NCBI GenBank assembly: GCA_017992005.1
Contig: JAGOPO010000001.1
Span: 4,646-68,645 of the forward strand
Source: Minisyncoccota bacterium
GTDB lineage: Bacteria; Patescibacteriota; Minisyncoccia; 2-02-FULL-40-12; GWA2-44-9
DNA length: 64,000 bases
Direction: 5' to 3'
The notes beneath the pieces are model-generated. The model searched no databases and was not told where the DNA came from. It saw only the letters and a list, made by a program, of their open reading frames with translations. Position 1 is the first letter of the stretch. The number at the start of each line of letters is the position of its first letter. Positions 56,792-64,000 of the stretch are shown piece after piece. The position numbers were made by a program, and so were the translations under genes.

Positions 56792-57298
56792 ATGTTGCGC
56801 AGTACGGTTGCGATCACTACCATGGGTCATCTACAACCACCCATGAAGCGCGCTGCCCAAAAAATGAAAAATGATCTTCCTCGAAGCGGCGACACGCTTG
56901 TTGATTGGATATTTAGGCAATTCATACACATTTTGAATAGTGAAAAAGTAAGGATTTCGAGGAAGAAAAGACTCGTAAATCCTGACGATCCGCACCGTAG
57001 GGTCATACGAGGACTCATGGATCCCGATATTCACCCATCAGGTCGTTGGGTCCAAATACTCATTAATCCTTCAAAAAATACGCACAAGTGTCGAGATGAT
57101 GAGGTCGAGACGTTGATTCATGAATTGGCGCATGTGCTTATGCCGCGGAGTGGTGAGCGTTCCATTTTAGGGATGGAGTCGATGCTTGCGCGACGATTCT
57201 CCGGCGCTCAAAGGCGATATCTCAAGCTGTACATACCGCGTCACGAAGTGAAAAAATATCCAGCGTCTGTGCTGCCAGGAAGAATTGCAATTGTCTAG
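56792..57298 (+). CDS. Hypothetical basic protein with HExxH (zincin-like) motif
   Basis: LIHELAHVLM; TAGGAG SD 9 nt upstream of the ATG. Confidence 0.5.
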   Translation: MLRSTVAITTMGHLQPPMKRAAQKMKNDLPRSGDTLVDWIFRQFIHILNSEKVRISRKKRLVNPDDPHRRVIRGLMDPDIHPSGRWVQILINPSKNTHKCRDDEVETLIHELAHVLMPRSGERSILGMESMLARRFSGAQRRYLKLYIPRHEVKKYPASVLPGRIAIV

Positions 57299-57343
57299 AG
57301 TCGTGGTGTAATAGTTATTCGCACCTTAGCACAGGAGAAAGAG

Positions 57344-57892
57344 ATGAAAATTCGAAGAACTGCGATGTCGATGTCCGTCGCTGCATGGGCACTCATGAGC
57401 GTATCCGTCGCAGTCTATGCGCAGCCGGATAGTGCCGTCCCGCGCGATCGCCGCAGACAAACTGCACCTTCTAGGGGTCCTCACGCAGCGAATGCGCCCA
57501 ACCATCAGTCGCGATGGGCTCCGTCACGACGACCACAACCGGATATCTCCACGACGCAAGCGTTCGAGTATCGGGATTATTCTATGTTCGATTGGCGTCG
57601 CTATGACCGGCGACCGCAATGGAGTCGGGACCGCTTTCCGCGGTTCTTCAATGATTTGCGAGTCTTCAATCGCCTTCGCTACCACGGAGAGACGTTCGGG
57701 CCTCATTATCGTCTCTGGTACAGGTACGCAGGCGCTTGGATGTTGTTTTACTGGCCATATACTAATGAACCAGACAGGGGCTGTACTACGTATTTCGTTC
57801 CCACGAATCGTCGTCTCTCCATAGACTTACGATCGAGATTTGAGTATTGGGAATATTCGGATTACCGTAGGCTCTATATCTGTTTCGATTGA
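57344..57892 (+). CDS. Secreted hypothetical protein, extremely rich in Arg/Trp/Tyr/Phe/Pro
   Basis: Signal peptide MKIRRTAMSMSVAAWALMSVSVAVYA; AGGAGAAAGAG SD; terminator follows. Confidence 0.55.
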   Translation: MKIRRTAMSMSVAAWALMSVSVAVYAQPDSAVPRDRRRQTAPSRGPHAANAPNHQSRWAPSRRPQPDISTTQAFEYRDYSMFDWRRYDRRPQWSRDRFPRFFNDLRVFNRLRYHGETFGPHYRLWYRYAGAWMLFYWPYTNEPDRGCTTYFVPTNRRLSIDLRSRFEYWEYSDYRRLYICFD

Positions 57893-57903
57893 TTCACAAA
57901 CCT

Positions 57904-57927
57904 CACCCTTGCGGTGGGGGTTTTTTT
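57904..57927 (+). terminator. Short GC hairpin (cacc-cttgc-ggtg, gggg) followed by TTTTTTT
   Basis: Seen directly after the stop at 57892. Confidence 0.55.
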
Positions 57928-57974
57928 CTTTTATCTTTTTGCCACGTTCTCTAACAATGCAAGGGAGGTGAGTC

Positions 57975-59315
57975 ATGCGCGATTACAATGATCCCGTCAT
58001 AACAACGTTTGAAAACGGAATGGAGATGGTCACGATTGCCAATCGACTTCTCAATACTTCCGCGATCGGATTTACCGTTGGCATGCGCGACGACCCTCCG
58101 TGGCTCGATGGCGCTGCTCATTTGGTGGAGCATCTCGTTTTTCGAAGAGGTGCGACTCATGATAGCCGAACCGTAAATCGAATGATGCGTAGGTTTCTGG
58201 GCGGCTCGGATGGTCCTGGTATGAATGTGTACACCGTCCACAGTCATACGATGTTCGCTCATCAGGATCTTCTGCGACGCAGCAATCTCGAGCACGTCTT
58301 TGGTATTACCGGTCGCATCGTGTGCGACAACCTGTACGATTTGCGACGCATGCGTTCCAGTAAAGATAGACCGCTCATCATCGACGATGCGGTGTACGAT
58401 GTGGAGCGCGCTGCGGTGCATAATGAGGATGGTGAGTTTACCGATTCCTACATGCACGAAGCTACGAGACTCGCGTACGCAGAGCTCTACCGTGGTGGTA
58501 ATCCCGCTGGCCGAGTGGGCACGGGTGATGAGGCGCAACTGCGGGGCACGAAGCTCGGTCGACTGAAGCAGTGGGCGCAGGGGAGATACGTCCCGAGTCG
58601 TCTTCGCATTATTCTTCTTGGGCCTACTGCGAACGATGGCCTTCGGCTTGTGCGTGGCGTTGGACTCAACGAATTGCCAGCGTGGCCGTCGCAGGAGTGT
58701 TCGTATCAGTCTCATGATCAAGTCCCAGTGCTGAGCTCTGTTCGCGAAGTTATCGCTACTCGCCCGCTCATCGAGATGTGCTACATCAGCCTCGTGTGGC
58801 CGACCGATATTGCGTATCGTTGCGATCGCTTGGCGCTCGAAGTGCTTGAGAGTGTCCTGAAAGATCGCATCGAGGGCGCGATTCGAGAAGAGAATCGATT
58901 GTTTGACGGTGGCCTCTATCACCCGCACGTCGCGTGGGATAGCACCTCGAGTCACGGTGCATTTTCGATTCACGTGTCAACTCGCGGTTCGTGGGCGTAC
59001 GCGCGGACGCTCATCGATAAGATTCTCACCGTCATCGAGTACCTCAAGAGTGATACGACGAGTGATCTCGATGAAGATGTGAAAGACGCCCGAGAAAACC
59101 TGGCAGATGCATTTATCGAAGAGTACAAGTTCATTCCGGGCGCGTTGACAGATCGCATCATGGACGCTCTTTCGAATGGAGATCCGGAACTTCACAAGTT
59201 TAAGATCTACCATTCTGATGTGAGGCGGGTGTCAGCGAGACGCGTTCGCGATGTCGCGCATCGGTATCTTCACAAAGATCGGTTTGTTCTGGCGGTCGTG
59301 CGGCCTTCCTCGTAG
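57975..59315 (+). CDS. M16-family (pitrilysin/insulinase-like) zinc metallopeptidase
   Basis: Inverted zinc motif HxxEH (GAAHLVEHLVFRRG) near the N-terminus; about 440 aa, two-domain size. Confidence 0.8.
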   Translation: MRDYNDPVITTFENGMEMVTIANRLLNTSAIGFTVGMRDDPPWLDGAAHLVEHLVFRRGATHDSRTVNRMMRRFLGGSDGPGMNVYTVHSHTMFAHQDLLRRSNLEHVFGITGRIVCDNLYDLRRMRSSKDRPLIIDDAVYDVERAAVHNEDGEFTDSYMHEATRLAYAELYRGGNPAGRVGTGDEAQLRGTKLGRLKQWAQGRYVPSRLRIILLGPTANDGLRLVRGVGLNELPAWPSQECSYQSHDQVPVLSSVREVIATRPLIEMCYISLVWPTDIAYRCDRLALEVLESVLKDRIEGAIREENRLFDGGLYHPHVAWDSTSSHGAFSIHVSTRGSWAYARTLIDKILTVIEYLKSDTTSDLDEDVKDARENLADAFIEEYKFIPGALTDRIMDALSNGDPELHKFKIYHSDVRRVSARRVRDVAHRYLHKDRFVLAVVRPSS

Positions 59316-59332
59316 CGAGGAGGCCGTTTTTT
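59302..59332 (+). terminator. Rho-independent terminator (ggccttcctcg-tag-cgaggaggcc + TTTTTT) overlapping the M16 stop codon
   Basis: Seen directly. Confidence 0.75.
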
Positions 59333-59364
59333 CTTTCACTGATGGGTGTGGTAGAGTTCTTGCT

Positions 59365-60810
59365 ATGGAACAAAAGCAAAAATTGACCGGCGCACATTTC
59401 TATAAGTTTTTCCAATGTCCTCATTGGATTTGGTATGATATTTACGCAGACAGTGCGCAGAAGAAATCCGTATCACCGCTCCTGGATATTATATATAAGG
59501 GCGGGGTTCAGAATGGAGCGGAGACAATCCAAGCACATAAAAAATTCGAGGAACTCAAGCCCGAGCAATATCGAGATCTCGAAGAGGCATATCTGGCGAC
59601 AGTGGAGCTTATGCGTCAGGGCAAGAACATCTACCATGGGGTCCTCATGACAGAGGATTGGGTAGGAATTCCGGACCTACTGGAAGCACGGCCAGGTAAG
59701 AGCTCACTCGGAGATTTTGAATATGTTGCCTATGACATCCAGCGTACCCTCGATTTAAAGGACGAGCAAAAGTTTCCGCTCGTATTTTACTCACTAATCC
59801 TTGAAAAGATTCAAGGTACACGCCCAAAGGAGGCGTACGTAATTGATCCGAGCGGAAGCGAGCGTGCATTCGTTGTTGATGAATTCGTGGAGCAGTTTCA
59901 TATTGTTCGTGGTGATATCGAGCGTATTTTGAATGGAGAAAAGCCAGCCCCATTTTTAAAATCGAGCTGCAAGAGGACTCCTTGGTATTCACTCTGCCTT
60001 GAAGGGGCGGAGGGTTGCAATGACATCTCGCTGATATATCGACTTTCTCAGGCCGACCAGCGACGACTCTACGGCATCGGCATTAAGACTGTCGCCGATC
60101 TCGCGAATGCGAGTGGGGATGAGATGCGTGGGAAATTGGAAGATTGGCAATACGATAAGATTGTTCGATTCCAAAATCAGGCCCGGGTTCTTATGGAGGG
60201 TAGTCCTCTCATTTTGAGGAAAAGCGCATTTCCGGAGGTGGCCACTGAGGTCTACTTCGATATAGAATCTGACCCAACGCGTGGAACTGATTATTTGTTT
60301 GGGCTTCTTATTCGTGATGTAGCGAGTGGCGACGTAACGTATGAGCGATTTGTGGCGGAGAAACCCGAAGATGAAGAGAAGGCGTGGATTGCGTTTTTGG
60401 ATCGCCTAGCCGGACTCGAGGATTTTGCGATTTATCATTATGCGTTTTATGAAAAAATGGTGTTTGATCGACTTGCTCTTCGCTACGGCGCTTCATCGCA
60501 GATATCGCAAAAATTTCACGAGCATAGTGTGGATCTTCACCAGAAAACAATCGATTCCGTTGTTCTGCCCCTCTACTTCTATACGCTCAAAGATGTTGCA
60601 AAGTTTCTCGGATATGCGTGGCATGATTCTGAGGCAGGTGGAGCGGAGTCGGTTGGATGGTACGATCAATGGCTACGCACAGGTGATCGAGAGTCATTGA
60701 ATCGTGTCATTCGATACAATGAAGATGATGTTCGCGCAACGATGCTGTTACGAGATTGGCTCGGACAGCAAAAGCCCACAAAGAAACGTGAATCTCTCGA
60801 CAGCGAGTGA
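59365..60810 (+). CDS. TM0106-family RecB-like nuclease (PD-(D/E)xK / Cas4-like N-terminal domain + RNase H-like domain)
   Basis: FQCPHWIWYD...; VYFDIESDP...YHYAFYE; start placed after the upstream terminator at the in-frame ATG (MEQKQKL). Confidence 0.7.
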   Translation: MEQKQKLTGAHFYKFFQCPHWIWYDIYADSAQKKSVSPLLDIIYKGGVQNGAETIQAHKKFEELKPEQYRDLEEAYLATVELMRQGKNIYHGVLMTEDWVGIPDLLEARPGKSSLGDFEYVAYDIQRTLDLKDEQKFPLVFYSLILEKIQGTRPKEAYVIDPSGSERAFVVDEFVEQFHIVRGDIERILNGEKPAPFLKSSCKRTPWYSLCLEGAEGCNDISLIYRLSQADQRRLYGIGIKTVADLANASGDEMRGKLEDWQYDKIVRFQNQARVLMEGSPLILRKSAFPEVATEVYFDIESDPTRGTDYLFGLLIRDVASGDVTYERFVAEKPEDEEKAWIAFLDRLAGLEDFAIYHYAFYEKMVFDRLALRYGASSQISQKFHEHSVDLHQKTIDSVVLPLYFYTLKDVAKFLGYAWHDSEAGGAESVGWYDQWLRTGDRESLNRVIRYNEDDVRATMLLRDWLGQQKPTKKRESLDSE

Positions 60811-60850
60811 TTGACATTACGAAAGTATATTGGCATTATAGACCCCGTAT

Positions 60851-62197
60851 TTGACTACGCGTATGCAACGAAATACTAAAATTCTTCTCGCGATAATTCT
60901 TGCTTCGATAGTTCTGTTTGTATTTGTCGTACCAAGTGTTGTAAATCGCGCGACCTCTGCCCTCAATGGAGTGCTGCCGAAGTGGGCTGGCTCGGTGCCA
61001 GCGATTCCAGAGCGACCGTTTGTCCTCGGCCTCGATCTGTTGGGGGGTGCGCATCTATTGTACGAAGCTGACTTCTCTGGTTTGAGTGCAGATGTTGATC
61101 GAACGTCGGCGATGCAGGGTGTGCGTGATGTCGTGGAGCGCCGTGTGAATTTCTTTGGCGTTGCTGAGCCGGTAGTCCAATTAAGCGGTACTGATCGGCT
61201 TATCGTAGAGATCGCTGGGGTTAAAGATGTCAATGAAGCTATCAAGCTAATTGGGGAGACTCCCTTTTTGGAGTTTAAAGAGCAGGGTTCTGCGCCATCG
61301 AAGGTAGTTAATGGCACTGTCGAGATCAATACAGATCAGCAGTGGATTTCTACGGGTCTTTCGGGCAAGCAGCTTTCACGTGCCTCGGTGACGTTTGACT
61401 CGCAAACGCGACGCCCACAGGTGAGTCTTGAGTTTAACGACGAAGGACGCGTATTATTTGCCGCGATCACAAAACGTAATCTTGGGAAGCCCGTTGCGAT
61501 TTTCCTCGATGGCGCACCAATTAGTATGCCGACCGTGCAATCGGAGATCACTGATGGCAATGCGGTCATCACGGGAAGTTATGGCGCAAGCGAGGCGAAG
61601 CTATTGGCAACTCGACTTAATAGTGGGGCACTTCCAGTTCCTATAAAGCTCATCTCGCAGCAAACGATTGGCTCATCGCTCGGAGCGAAGTCCCTGCATG
61701 ATAGTCTTCGCGCTGGCTTGTGGGGATTGGGATTAGTCGCTCTGTTTATGATCACGTTCTATCGGCTACCAGGATTCACCGCGGTCATGGCGCTTGGCGT
61801 CTACACGCTCATCGTATTGTCGGCATTTAAATTACTATCCGTTACGCTATCTCTGGCTGGTATTGCAGGATTTATTCTCTCGCTTGGTATTGCTGTCGAT
61901 GCGAACATCCTTATTTTCGCTCGCATCAAGGAGGAGCTTGATCTAGGAAAGTCACTTCCAGCTGCTCAGCATGAAGGTTTTCGCCGTGCGTGGCTATCAA
62001 TCCGTGATTCACACATGACGACACTCATTGGAGCCTTTATCTTATACGCATTCACTACGTCCATCGTAAAGGGTTTTGCTCTTACGTTGGGTATTGGCGT
62101 CGCGACATCGCTCATCACTGCTACGATCGTTACGCGTGCGTTCCTCACTGTATTCACTGGCGTATGGGGCCAAAAGCATCTGTGGCTATTTCGCTAA
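60851..62197 (+). CDS. secD: Protein translocase subunit SecD
   Basis: LGLDLLGGAHLLYEADF and a C-terminal 6-TM SecDF core; start may be the ATG at 60863. Confidence 0.9.
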   Translation: MTTRMQRNTKILLAIILASIVLFVFVVPSVVNRATSALNGVLPKWAGSVPAIPERPFVLGLDLLGGAHLLYEADFSGLSADVDRTSAMQGVRDVVERRVNFFGVAEPVVQLSGTDRLIVEIAGVKDVNEAIKLIGETPFLEFKEQGSAPSKVVNGTVEINTDQQWISTGLSGKQLSRASVTFDSQTRRPQVSLEFNDEGRVLFAAITKRNLGKPVAIFLDGAPISMPTVQSEITDGNAVITGSYGASEAKLLATRLNSGALPVPIKLISQQTIGSSLGAKSLHDSLRAGLWGLGLVALFMITFYRLPGFTAVMALGVYTLIVLSAFKLLSVTLSLAGIAGFILSLGIAVDANILIFARIKEELDLGKSLPAAQHEGFRRAWLSIRDSHMTTLIGAFILYAFTTSIVKGFALTLGIGVATSLITATIVTRAFLTVFTGVWGQKHLWLFR

Positions 62198-62206
62198 CTA
62201 CCCGAT

Positions 62207-63091
62207 ATGAGAACTACTTATAACATTATGTTCGCGGTGAGTATCACGCTTCTGGTGAGTGCATTGGTGCTCTGGGGAAAGTTTGGATTGAATCTTGGCG
62301 TAGATTTTAGAGGCGGAAGCGTGTCTGAGATTCAGTTTCATGGCGCCCGTCCCGATATCGAAAAGATTCGCACCATCATTGCTGCTTCGGAATTTCGAGA
62401 ATCGACGGTGAGCTTGGCAGGAGCTGATGCTGTTGTGATCCGTGGGGATCAGTTATCAGAGACGCAACATCAATCATTGCTCGGCCTTGTTCAGAAGAAT
62501 TTCAAAGATGCCAAACCAGTGGAAACTCGATTTGATTCAGTCGGTCCTGCGATTGGAGATGAGCTTAAATCGCGAAGTGCTTGGGCTATCCTCTTAGTTC
62601 TCGTTTCGGTGTCTGCTTACATCGCGCTGGTATTTCGCTCGATGGGACGAGTCCTATCGCCGTGGGCGATGAGCGCTGCAACGATGGTTGCTTTGGCGCA
62701 TGACGTGCTTCTGCCGATTGGATTGTTTGCGGCACTCGGTCATTGGTCTGGCGTTGAGATCAACGCAGTGTTCGTCGCCGCTATCTTGACCATTATGGGG
62801 TATTCGATCTCAGATACGGTTGTTATCTTCGATCGTGTTCGAGAAAATATACTTCGTGGTGTGAAGGGTGAGTTCCATGAGATTGTGCACATGAGTGTCA
62901 TGCAAACGTTAGCACGTTCGATCGCCACGAATGTCACTACGTTGCTTTCTCTTATTGCTATCTATTTCTTTGGCGGTGAGTCAATCAAGTACTTTGCCTT
63001 AGCTCTTATTGTGGGTATTTTCTCGGGTGCGTATTCTTCTATTTTTGTCGCATCTCCCATTCTCGTTTGGATGGTTCGCAAGAGGGTATAG
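62207..63091 (+). CDS. secF: Protein translocase subunit SecF
   Basis: GLNLGVDFRGGSVSEIQF; C-terminal TM bundle. Confidence 0.9.
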   Translation: MRTTYNIMFAVSITLLVSALVLWGKFGLNLGVDFRGGSVSEIQFHGARPDIEKIRTIIAASEFRESTVSLAGADAVVIRGDQLSETQHQSLLGLVQKNFKDAKPVETRFDSVGPAIGDELKSRSAWAILLVLVSVSAYIALVFRSMGRVLSPWAMSAATMVALAHDVLLPIGLFAALGHWSGVEINAVFVAAILTIMGYSISDTVVIFDRVRENILRGVKGEFHEIVHMSVMQTLARSIATNVTTLLSLIAIYFFGGESIKYFALALIVGIFSGAYSSIFVASPILVWMVRKRV

Positions 63092-63175
63092 GGGGGGCTT
63101 GACGAGATTTGTATTAACTGCTACTGTAAGTACTCATATAACCGTAGGTAGCTTCATAACCCACTTCGAACGCGT

Positions 63176-64000
63176 ATGGCAACCATCGACGTAAAAAATC
63201 TCACAAAAGCAGTAGCGCAGCTCGTAAAGACCCTCAACCCACGAAATCGGGATATTGTATCTCGCCGTTTTGGCTTGAAAAATGGAACAAAAGAGACGCT
63301 TGAATCGATTGGCAAGGGATATGGCATTACTCGCGAACGTGTGCGTCAAATTGAGGAATTTGCCCTCGCGCAACTCGCTAAGGTAACAACGGATCAGCGC
63401 GATGTCTTGAAGTATTCTGCTGCTGCAAAAGAGCTTATAGCTCGTGAAGGCGGCATCATGAAGGAGCGTGCACTCTTTAAGGCTATTTCAGGAAATGAAA
63501 AGGATTCCGTTGCGAATGCCTCGCTCGTCTTCGCGCTTACTCTCGATCACGAATTGGTGCGCATGGCAGACAATGACCACGTGCATGGATATTGGGCGCG
63601 TGATTCCAAGTCGCTCGAAGCGTTTCGCTCCCAAGTTGCCACGCTTACAACGGTTTTACAGGGCCATGGAACGGTAGTTCCTGCCACTCAGCTTGCCACG
63701 CTGGCGCACGAGAATGGCGTCGTTGGTCATGATGGATCGAAGTTTAACGATCGTCACCTCGCAACCGTTACAGCGATCTGCAAGGACGTCGGCTCAAATA
63801 TCTTTGGTCAAATGGGGCTTACCACGTGGAGTCAGATCCACCCCAAGGGAGTTCGTGATAAGGCATATCTCGTTCTACGTCAGGCAGCGACTCCTCAGCA
63901 CTTTAGCCAAATTGCGAAGCTCATCAATGTCGCAAAGTTCGATGCTAAGAAGGTAAACGTTCAGACGGTACATAATGAACTCATCAAGGATAATCGATTC
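63176..64000 (+). CDS. Sigma-70 region 4 (HTH) domain-containing protein with a long uncharacterised C-terminal extension; 3' end truncated by the window
   Basis: Frame-2 ORF open to the window end, read by hand (not in the ORF track because it has no stop): MATIDVKNLTKAVAQLVKTLNPRNRDIVSRRFGLKNGTKETLESIGKGYGITRERVRQIEEFALAQLAK matches sigma70 region 4. Confidence 0.6.
   Translation, partial: MATIDVKNLTKAVAQLVKTLNPRNRDIVSRRFGLKNGTKETLESIGKGYGITRERVRQIEEFALAQLAKVTTDQRDVLKYSAAAKELIAREGGIMKERALFKAISGNEKDSVANASLVFALTLDHELVRMADNDHVHGYWARDSKSLEAFRSQVATLTTVLQGHGTVVPATQLATLAHENGVVGHDGSKFNDRHLATVTAICKDVGSNIFGQMGLTTWSQIHPKGVRDKAYLVLRQAATPQHFSQIAKLINVAKFDAKKVNVQTVHNELIKDNRF

Noticed and set aside
57951-58973. 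340-aa minus-strand ORF
   Set aside because: Antisense to the M16 peptidase gene, which has the HxxEH motif; no expression signals.
1-64000. Search for CRISPR arrays, tRNA/rRNA genes, transposases/integrases, toxin-antitoxin or classic defence operons
   Set aside because: No spacer-repeat periodicity, no tRNA-like cloverleaf candidates identified by eye, no transposase/integrase-like ORFs or terminal inverted repeats; the island looks vertically maintained and biosynthetic rather than mobile.

Overview
This 64 kb window comes from a bacterial genome of moderate GC. Its content (a lamin-tail-domain protein, DUF378, a TM0106-type nuclease, a zinc-finger SecA, and an Ig-like, S/T-rich giant surface protein) looks like an uncultivated, possibly CPR/Patescibacteria-like organism; that is an inference. 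Housekeeping genes flank both ends: peroxiredoxin (5' partial), an FKBP peptidyl-prolyl isomerase, hpf-secA, secD-secF, an M16 peptidase, a VIT-family protein and a DUF378 protein.

The centre (about 5.9 to 51 kb) is one very large glycan-biosynthesis island. It opens with a 1095-aa signal-peptide-bearing, S/T/G-rich surface (S-layer-like) protein that has a roughly 560-nt upstream region and a strong terminator. Directly after it comes a TMTC/PMT-like GT-C protein with TPR repeats. The island then carries at least ten GT4/CgeB-type glycosyltransferases, two FkbM and four other SAM methyltransferases, and a GtrA flippase paired with two DPM1-like GT2 enzymes. There is an amino-sugar cassette (GNAT, cupin, DegT), two tandem paralogous polytopic membrane proteins (candidate GT-C), and a nonulosonic (sialic-like) acid module (NeuB, NeuA, KdsC-type phosphatase, SDR, xylose-isomerase-like TIM barrel, B12-radical-SAM enzyme). 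It ends with two Wzx-type flippases, an O-antigen-ligase(Wzy_C)-TPR protein and a WbaP-like initiating phosphoglycosyltransferase.

My main hypothesis is that this is a previously uncharacterised general protein O-glycosylation / S-layer glycan system. It would decorate the adjacent surface protein with a heavily methylated glycan containing a modified nonulosonic acid. The Wzy_C-TPR protein would be the O-oligosaccharyltransferase, and a second, PMT/TMTC-type route would use polyprenyl-P-sugars.

Several canonical sigma70-like promoters (three apparently leaderless) and rho-independent terminators are visible. No rRNA, tRNA, CRISPR arrays or mobile elements were seen.
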